64,000 bases of DNA from an uncultured Thermoplasmata archaeon (lineage in GTDB: Archaea > Thermoplasmatota > Thermoplasmata > RBG-16-68-12): the NCBI GenBank assembly GCA_963768855.1, contig CAVYJM010000011.1:192001-256000 (forward strand), given 5' to 3'. Each line of letters begins with the position of its first letter. Positions within the stretch are counted from its first letter, which is position 1. The notes beneath the pieces are model-generated. The model ran no database searches, was not told where the DNA came from, and saw only the letters and a list, made by a program, of their open reading frames with translations. Position numbers and translations under genes: made by a program. Positions 47,246-54,386 of the stretch are shown here, piece by piece.

Positions 47246-47905
47246 ATGGAGCCCAAGAATGGAACCCGTCCGGATGCACGGCGAGATCGCGGCCTCGCGA
47301 TGAGGCGTAGGATCCTGGGATGGCTGCCCGTGGATGGCCCACCCCTGCGAAGCAACGACCTCTTCCGCCGTGCGGAGCGAGAGCGGATCGCGAAGACGAC
47401 GGTCTTGCGACACCTGCGCGAGGCAGAGAGGGAGGGAATCGTCCTCTCCCATCGGGCCGTTGCGAAAGGGAGGTCTGTCGTTGCTTACCGCCTGGATTTG
47501 GACTCCATGTTCCCCTACGGCAATCTCCGGAAGAAGCTTCTAGCGTTCGGACGGGACACACCGGGCGATCGCCGCGGGCTGTTCATCCCCACGCGGCGGG
47601 AGGACTTCGTCAAGTTCGTGCGGTTGCATACGGACCTCCTCGTCCTTCACCTGAACCGCCTCCTGGTCGATGCGACGGAGATGCCGACGGAACGGGGAGC
47701 CGAGGCGCGGGCCCAGCTCTTCGTGGACCACACCCTCCATCTCTGGCTTTCCTGGCTAGCGGTGGCTGCGTGGCGACGGCGGGATTTCGGCGAGGAGGCC
47801 ATCGATGAGGGGATGCGCGACATCCTCAAGGCGGTGGCCGGGGACGCGGACCGGCGCACGAAGGCGAAACCGAAGCCACCCGAGCGCGCGGGCGGCTCAC
47901 CGTGA
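47246..47905 (+). CDS. Winged-HTH-containing protein
   Basis: LRSNDLFRRAE..RIAKTTVLRHLREAE..G..V..YRL. Confidence 0.65.
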   Translation: MEPKNGTRPDARRDRGLAMRRRILGWLPVDGPPLRSNDLFRRAERERIAKTTVLRHLREAEREGIVLSHRAVAKGRSVVAYRLDLDSMFPYGNLRKKLLAFGRDTPGDRRGLFIPTRREDFVKFVRLHTDLLVLHLNRLLVDATEMPTERGAEARAQLFVDHTLHLWLSWLAVAAWRRRDFGEEAIDEGMRDILKAVAGDADRRTKAKPKPPERAGGSP

Positions 47906-48780
47906 CGAGCACCGGCGACGGGATGTCCTGGGGTTCCTAAGGATTCATTCGATCCGCAGAGCTCATTGGCGAAGGGCGACGCCCGCGACCGCGCTGTACG
48001 AACGGCAAGGCGGATTCGAAGCAACGAGGCAACGGTCGCGGTCGCGCTCGAGCGGGCTCGTGCGGCCTCGGGTATCCTACGTGGCACTTGGCGGAGGCGG
48101 TCTGTGCGCTGGCTTTGTGAAGAGTAAAACGACCTCCTATGCCAAAAAATCTGGGCCGTCGCACTCCGGTCCGACGCGAACCCGTCTCTTTAGGTTCCTC
48201 CGCGCGCCCGACCTAGGCCAAGCGCGTTGATCATCGACTGCGCGCAAGAGGGTTTGAGGAACATACGTTCCTGTTCGGGTCAGGTGGCATCGGAGCGGTC
48301 GGAACGAACCGTACCCGTTTTCCTGTTCAGTATTTGATCGTTTAGCAAGTGGATGTCCCGATCGTGCGCTCCGTTTTGGCCTCGGGTAGCTCGATACCGG
48401 AGGTATCGAGCGTATCTAGAGATTTACCTAACATACGAGGCTGGAGCCTGAAAAAAAGAAACAAGAGGGTCTCTCGCACGGTGGGTTCGAGCACGCGGCC
48501 CTCTATATGGAGAGAACGGGCTCCTGACGAGATCCGGATGAGCGCTCGGATGTGTCACGTACAGCCCGTTGCTATTTGAATCGTGATGCCGCGAATGCTG
48601 TGATCGCGTCGCTAATGCGCGGGCACCCGTGGAAGACCATCTCGGAGGGGTGTAACACCCTCCCGGGCTCTCTTCGCCGTGAGGGATCCGGCGGTCACCA
48701 ACGCATGTAGTGAGCTACTAACGCCCCGCCACCACAGGCACCCTCGAAGTCACCACGATGACTTCAGGTCGGAACGAGAG

Positions 48781-48819
48781 CTTCTTTGCTTGCTCCGTCG
48801 CCCCGAGCGGCAGAAGGGC
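48781..48819 (+). repeat. Hairpin repeat copy 12
   Basis: CTTCT..CCGTCG-CCC-CGAGCGG-CAGAAGGGC. Confidence 0.75.
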
Positions 48820-48853
48820 CCGAAGTCGCAGCCCTAGCAGGCCAAGGTTCTCT

Positions 48854-48881
48854 TGGTTCGCCGTCGACCGGATTCGAACCA
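48854..48881. repeat. 11-6-11 palindrome containing an inverted 17-bp copy of the tRNA-Val T-arm
   Basis: TGGTTCGCCGT-CGACCG-GATTCGAACCA; 48864-48880 is the reverse complement of 44532-44548. Confidence 0.75.
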
Positions 48882-49114
48882 CGGAATGGCTCGATTACGC
48901 TACCAAGGCAGAGGCCCCGGTTGAGAGCCTTGAGCTGAGGTTCGAAGGCTCCCTGGCTCCTCAGCGCGGGGCAGTAGCCCCGCATGGCGAGCCAATAGCC
49001 TCCCAGCATAATGTGTGGTGAGATGCTCGGCAGGCAACTCCTACCGCGCAGGGAAAGGCTTAACCTTCTTTGCGTTCATTGAACCGCGCGATAGCCTTGC
49101 GTGCGCACGGGCAA

Positions 49115-50122
49115 ATGGCTTCTGCACTGCTCCTGGTCTGCGCGCTCACGGTGGCCGTCACGTGGATCGTACCGGCCGGCGCGGACGTGGCCCTGCAAGC
49201 TTGGAGCGCTGGCGACTTCTGGGTGTACACGACCTTCGGACTCGGAAACTCGTTCAACATTCCCGACGGGACCAAGCTGAACTACAGCGTCGCAGGGCTC
49301 GATTCGATTGATTTTCGGGGAGTCTCGTACCCAACCTTCCACGTGACGATCTCGTTCCCTTCCCTTCAAAATGCGACATCGGGATCGACTTCCTTCAGGC
49401 GACTTGAGGGCGATGCGTGGTACAACGAGTCGGATCTGTCGCTCCTGCGGATGACGTACCGTGTCTGGCAGAACGGTGCGGGGGGTTGTTTGTCATGCTG
49501 GGCGAACGCCTCCGAGACTTGGACGGCGGGCCCGCCCTTGGCGCCCCGATTCCCGCTGAGGACCGGCTTTGGATGGTTCGCCTCGACCACCGTGAACATT
49601 AGGACCTTGGACCTCGACACGGGGGCGCTGGTCGCGGAGACGAACCAAAGCGCGTTCGGCACATTCACGGTTGGGTCCAACCTCAGCGTCGGGGTGCCGG
49701 CGGGCACCTTCACGACCACACCGATGACCGAGAACCTGACGAAGAACGGGCAGTGGGCTGGAATCGGAGCCAACCCGCTCCTCCCGCTAACCTTCGCGGC
49801 GAAGACGGTGGCCTTCTATTCGCCTCTCGTCGGTAATGCCGTCTGCGTGGCCGACGTCGGGTGGGGACAAGGGTGCGGTGGCGTCAGCGCGACCGACGGC
49901 TTTGAACTCGTGTCCTATGGCCATAGTGTTCCCGCAAGTGCGGGTAAGGTGTTCGGAATGTCGTACCTGGAATGGGGGATCATCGCTCTCGCCGTCGTTG
50001 CCGCTTTTGTCGCGGTGACACGGTTGGTCCGTCGGAGACCGCCGCGTGTCACCGAAGAACCCACGCAGGCGACATCCCCCTCCGAGACAACCACGGAATC
50101 CCACTTGGGACCCAAGGAATGA
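49115..50122 (+). CDS. Secreted, C-terminally membrane-anchored surface protein
   Basis: Signal peptide, WSAGDFWVY..., Thr/Ser-rich beta region, C-terminal TM followed by RRR. Confidence 0.7.
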   Translation: MASALLLVCALTVAVTWIVPAGADVALQAWSAGDFWVYTTFGLGNSFNIPDGTKLNYSVAGLDSIDFRGVSYPTFHVTISFPSLQNATSGSTSFRRLEGDAWYNESDLSLLRMTYRVWQNGAGGCLSCWANASETWTAGPPLAPRFPLRTGFGWFASTTVNIRTLDLDTGALVAETNQSAFGTFTVGSNLSVGVPAGTFTTTPMTENLTKNGQWAGIGANPLLPLTFAAKTVAFYSPLVGNAVCVADVGWGQGCGGVSATDGFELVSYGHSVPASAGKVFGMSYLEWGIIALAVVAAFVAVTRLVRRRPPRVTEEPTQATSPSETTTESHLGPKE

Positions 50123-50437
50123 GTCATCAGCAAGCTCCACCGGAGCATGCCTGGGCCCGTTTTCAGTGTGGTGCTGAGGGTCCCGGCTTCCGAAAGCGTC
50201 TGCGGCCGGGCAGCGCGTTTCCCAGGAGAGACGATGAGTGTGAGAAGGCATGCCGATTACCTCAGCGCAAAGAAATCGGCTCTTGCATGGAGGAAGGGTT
50301 TCGAGTAATGGGCTCGTCCGAATAGAGGCCCAATCGGCACGCTTCACGACCCGTCATCCGGGAAACCGCAATTCCGTTGACTTCACGTGATAGTCGCGTC
50401 ATGCGGGAGGCGCGGGGAGACCCTCGCTCGAGGAGGT

Positions 50438-51283
50438 TTACGCTCCAGCACTTCCAGAAGTCACTACCGAGGTTGGCCGCAGCTTCGCTGCCAGGAGATC
50501 AATTGCGTCATCCAGGGACATTGGAAGGTCTTCAACTGGATGGCCAAGCTGGCGAAGCAACCGATACACGCGGCCGATGGTCGGCACCTCCAGCTTCGCC
50601 TTCGCCATCAGATCGTCCCTCGTCATCACCTCGCGCGGGTCACCTTCGGCGACCTTCGTCACGTCAAGCACCACGAGTCGATCCACGAATCCAACCAAGT
50701 CCTCCACGTGGTGGGTCGTGATCAGCATCGTCGTCGACATTCCAGAAATCTTCTTGAGGAGTTCGCATCGGGTGGGATAGTCCAGCCCCGTCGTGGGCTC
50801 GTCGAGGAGGAGGATCTCCGGACTCATCGCCAGAACACCGGCCACGGCCACGCGCTTCTTCTGGCCATAGCTCAGCCGGTGCGGCGCCCTGTCCTCGAGA
50901 TCCTTGATGCGTAGTTCGAGCAGAGATCGGTCGACGGCCTCACGGACTTGGTCAGGAGACCACCGAAGGTTTTTGGGTCCGAAGGCGACGTCGTCCCAGA
51001 CGCGCGGCATGAAGACTTGGTCATCCGGGTCTTGGAAGACGAGGCCAAGATGCTTCCGAATCGTCCGCGCGGTCTCCTTGGTAAGGGCTTGTCCGAGGAC
51101 TTCTACCTGTCCGCGGAACGGAAAGCGGAATCCCGCGATCAGCTCGAGGAGCGTTGATTTTCCCGCGCCATTGGCACCCACCAGGGCCACCTTTTCGCCC
51201 TGTTCCACTCTCAGATCGAGCGCTTCCAAGGCGGTGACTCCGTCGGGATAGCTGTACGTCAGCCCGCGGGTCTCTAGGGCAAT
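50438..51283 (-). CDS. cbiO: ECF transporter ATPase CbiO/NikO
   Basis: GANGAGKST, VFQDPDDQ, LSYGQKKR, DEPTTGLD; start uncertain (ATT 51283 or GTG 51319). Confidence 0.88.
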   Translation of the reverse strand: MALETRGLTYSYPDGVTALEALDLRVEQGEKVALVGANGAGKSTLLELIAGFRFPFRGQVEVLGQALTKETARTIRKHLGLVFQDPDDQVFMPRVWDDVAFGPKNLRWSPDQVREAVDRSLLELRIKDLEDRAPHRLSYGQKKRVAVAGVLAMSPEILLLDEPTTGLDYPTRCELLKKISGMSTTMLITTHHVEDLVGFVDRLVVLDVTKVAEGDPREVMTRDDLMAKAKLEVPTIGRVYRLLRQLGHPVEDLPMSLDDAIDLLAAKLRPTSVVTSGSAGA

Positions 51284-52047
51284 CGCGGCACCACCCCCAA
51301 CGTGGCAGCGAGGAGCCACCCCGACACGACGAAGACGGGCACGAAGAATGCGACGTCGCGGGCCCCGACGTGATGACTGCCCTCCACGGGGAGATCCCCC
51401 GAGTACTGGCGGCTGAGCATCGCGCGGAACAGCGCCTGCGATCGGGCGTGGGCCCGCACGAGGAGCATGCCCGCGTTGTACGAGTACATGCGGAGAACCT
51501 CGCGAGGGAAGAAGCTTCTCTTGGGTTCGAATCCGCGGGCCGCCCTCGCACGCTCCATGGTCTCCGCCTCGTCCCGGAACAGGAAGAAGTAGCGATAGGT
51601 CAGGAGGAGGGTGTTCGTGAGCAGCTTCGGCAGGCCCAATCGGCGCAATGCATAGGCGAGTTCCGTGGAGGTCGACGTGAGCGCCATCGCCAGGAAGAAC
51701 GTCGTCGCGGTCAAGATTCGGAGGAACAGGATGAGGGCTGCGGGCGGACCGCGGAACACACCAACGGAAAGGGAGGCGAAGGCGGCGAGGAGGACGACGG
51801 ATGCGACGGGCCTCCGGATGTGGGACCAGCGGAGGCCACTGACGAGCATCGCGACGACGGCGACGCCGAGGGCAACGAGGACCATCACGAGATCGGTGAG
51901 GAAGGAAACCGCGATGGCGAAGGTAATCGCCGCGAGGATCTTCAGAGTCGGGTTGAGCGTGTGGCACCGGCAACCCGCGGCGACCTCGTCCGGGTCGCTC
52001 ACCTGGAGGTTATGGCCCACGAGGAGCGTGAGGAGAAGGGGATCCAT
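51274..52047 (-). CDS. cbiQ: ECF transmembrane component CbiQ/NikQ
   Basis: LLLTYRYFFLF, ARAARGF, GMLLVRA..RS..AMLSRQY. Confidence 0.88.
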   Translation of the reverse strand: MDPLLLTLLVGHNLQVSDPDEVAAGCRCHTLNPTLKILAAITFAIAVSFLTDLVMVLVALGVAVVAMLVSGLRWSHIRRPVASVVLLAAFASLSVGVFRGPPAALILFLRILTATTFFLAMALTSTSTELAYALRRLGLPKLLTNTLLLTYRYFFLFRDEAETMERARAARGFEPKRSFFPREVLRMYSYNAGMLLVRAHARSQALFRAMLSRQYSGDLPVEGSHHVGARDVAFFVPVFVVSGWLLAATLGVVPRLP

Positions 52048-52324
52048 GCTTGTTCCGCCGAACGCGAACGACGCGCAGAAGGCCGTACACCAAGAGGAGA
52101 ATCAATCCGAATCCGATGAGTCCGAAGAGGAACGTCTCGAAGGGGTTCGTTCCATAGGACAGGGGTGGCGTCCAGATGGGGTTGGGTGTGGGGTTCCCCC
52201 CGCCCTGGGACACGGACTGCTGCAGGCCGTCGTTCTTGCCGTAGGAAAAGTAGTAGAAGGCGGGGATGGCCACGGCGAAGGCTACGACGAGCACGACAAG
52301 GGCCTTGACGTACCGCCGTTTCAT
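52010..52324 (-). CDS. PDGLE-type (NikN/CbiN-like) accessory component
   Basis: Two TM segments with an NDGLQ motif, between cbiM and cbiQ. Confidence 0.7.
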   Translation of the reverse strand: MKRRYVKALVVLVVAFAVAIPAFYYFSYGKNDGLQQSVSQGGGNPTPNPIWTPPLSYGTNPFETFLFGLIGFGLILLLVYGLLRVVRVRRNKHGSPSPHAPRGP

Positions 52325-52983
52325 TCCGGCGCCCCCACGAAACGGATCTTCTTCGTCGCAATCACGTCCGGCGCGACCCGGTGCAGGTACGTGAGGATGC
52401 CCACAGTGATAACGGCCTCGCCGACTCCAATGAACGCGTGGTACAGCGCCATCGACGAGATCGCGACGATCGGAGGGATGCCATACGTGCCGTCGCTCAG
52501 TACGTAGCTCGCCCCGAGTTCCACGCCCGCCAGGACGGCCCCGAGGAAGACCGAGGCCCACGAAGCGAGGAGGACCGCCCAGGTCTCGTTCCGGCGCCTC
52601 AGTCCGCGGTAGGTGATCCATGCCACGAGGGATGCGACGACGCCCATGTTCAGGATGTTCAGGCCGAGCGCGAGGACGCCGCCGTCCCCGAACAGGAATG
52701 CCTCGATGATTAGGATCACGGTGAAGATGACGACGGAGGTTGCCGGTCCGAGCAGGATCACCGCCAGGGCCGCCCCTACGAGGTGGCCCGTGGTGCCTCC
52801 GATGATCGGGAAGTTGAGCATCTGGGACACGAAGATGCCCGCGGCGAGGAGCGCGATGAGAGGCATCTGCTCCTCCTCGACGAAACGGCCCACCTTGCGG
52901 ACCGCGAGTCCGACGGCGACGAGGGCGACGGCCCAGCCCGCAGCGAGGACCACCGGAGTCATCATTCCGTCCGGGATGTGCAT
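52321..52983 (-). CDS. cbiM: Ni/Co ECF substrate-binding component CbiM/NikM
   Basis: N-terminal MHIPDG, TTGHLVG, GDGG..ALGLN, HAFIGVGEA. Confidence 0.93.
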   Translation of the reverse strand: MHIPDGMMTPVVLAAGWAVALVAVGLAVRKVGRFVEEEQMPLIALLAAGIFVSQMLNFPIIGGTTGHLVGAALAVILLGPATSVVIFTVILIIEAFLFGDGGVLALGLNILNMGVVASLVAWITYRGLRRRNETWAVLLASWASVFLGAVLAGVELGASYVLSDGTYGIPPIVAISSMALYHAFIGVGEAVITVGILTYLHRVAPDVIATKKIRFVGAPE

Positions 52984-53160
52984 GAGAAGTGCCTCCCTAG
53001 GCGTAGTGTTACGCCTGGAACTGGAGTGTCACCCATGACCCCCAGCATATATAACGATTTGTCCGCGGTCGAGGCCTTTCTCGAGTCGGACTCCGCACCC
53101 GGTGCGAGGCCGATCACCGTGGATGAAGCGGGGTCCCCAGGAAAGTACGATCATCCATGA

Positions 53161-53568
53161 CTACCGGAGTCCCGGCGAAGTCATCACGGTCTCACAGAAC
53201 AGCACGCCCTTCACCGTCCGGATCCGGTCGCCCAGCGCAGCGATCTCATCGGAACGACCGTCCACGAGTAACACCTCGAGGCAGCTCTCCTCGCCCAAGT
53301 GGATGTGGGCGGTCCCGCGGATGACATCCAGGAAGTCGTGCTGCCGGTGGAGGATCCGGTGGGTCACCATGCCGACGTCGTGCCGGTACAGAATCGTCAC
53401 GGTGCCGACGGCCTTCCCCCCGGCTTGCACACGGCGGTGGGCGAGGGATCTGCGGATTAACTCCCGGAGAGCTTCGGAACGGCTCGCGAAGCCTTCTTCC
53501 TTGCGCAGTCGGTCGAACTCAGCCAGGAGAGGCCCTTCCAACGAAACACCAATGCGCGCGACGGGCAT
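53161..53568 (-). CDS. nikR: Nickel-responsive regulator NikR
   Basis: RIGVSL..LL.EFD, SRSEALRELIR, H..H, HIHL..SCLE. Confidence 0.92.
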   Translation of the reverse strand: MPVARIGVSLEGPLLAEFDRLRKEEGFASRSEALRELIRRSLAHRRVQAGGKAVGTVTILYRHDVGMVTHRILHRQHDFLDVIRGTAHIHLGEESCLEVLLVDGRSDEIAALGDRIRTVKGVLFCETVMTSPGLR

Positions 53569-54386
53569 GCTAAGCTCCCAACACGGGTAGGCGATCTGGG
53601 AGACTTAAGGGGAACGGCGCCCCACACGCCACGCTTTGCGAACTATGCTTGAAGCGGCGGGCAACAGAGGCCCGTTGGCCCAACGCTTGTCCTCTCAACA
53701 ATTCCAGTTCGAACTCGGCAGGATACGAATCCCTGGTATTCCTCCGCTGCGAATAACAGCCCTCTATTTGGACCAAGCTCGGTCTCGAATGTTCCCCTCC
53801 TTGCAGATGCTGGTTCTCGGTGCTAGGATAATCGGCACAGTCCCCATTGGTCAGTGGATCCCGGATGTCCACCGTTTCGGTTCCGGTCTTAGAGTGTCAT
53901 CCATCCTGAATTCCTCACGGCCGAACGCCCCCGGGAGCGGATCCTCACGGGCGCGAATCTAGCCGAGCCTACATCCGTCAACCCTCTATGGGCCGACTGG
54001 CATGGGAAGGGTCCTCCCATGGGGGCCAAGGACAAAAGGCCCGCGAAAAGACGCTCTCCCCGGATGTCCAAGGTGGGTTAGTCACCCGAACATGACGTCC
54101 CGTCTAGTTGGGCCATAGATGTGTCAGGGGTCGGCCAGCCGGGGCGGCAATTAGCCACCCGAGCCGCCAGCGAGTTCTGGCGCACACACGCCATTGTTCC
54201 TCGGGAGCCTTCGCAGGACCACTAGAAATGGGATTCCAGCGCGGTCAGGCCTTGCGGGCGCCTATCCCGCAGTCGGGTCCCGGAACGCCTAGGAACCCAA
54301 CCGCTGCGTGGCTACGGGCCAACGCCGGTGTCATGCCCAGGTTAGGTCAGGGCTTCGGTCTTCACAAGGCGGTCGTACCTACGCCG

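Larger units (their letters stand above)
44554..48880. mobile_element. Integrative element core next to tRNA-Val; right boundary uncertain and may extend past the window
   Basis: Integrase immediately after the tRNA, resolvase, small DNA-binding genes, tRNA-derived repeat. Confidence 0.7.

Noticed and set aside
50136-50150. CCACCGGAGCATG resembling the tRNA-Glu 3' end
   Set aside because: Needs a mismatch and a gap; not distinguishable from chance
51523-51540. GGGTTCGAATCC T-loop-like sequence
   Set aside because: Lies inside cbiQ, encoding the conserved ARGF motif; coincidental
53570-54380. Short ORFs between nikR and the R-M gene
   Set aside because: No recognisable motifs or consistent frame; possibly decayed DNA
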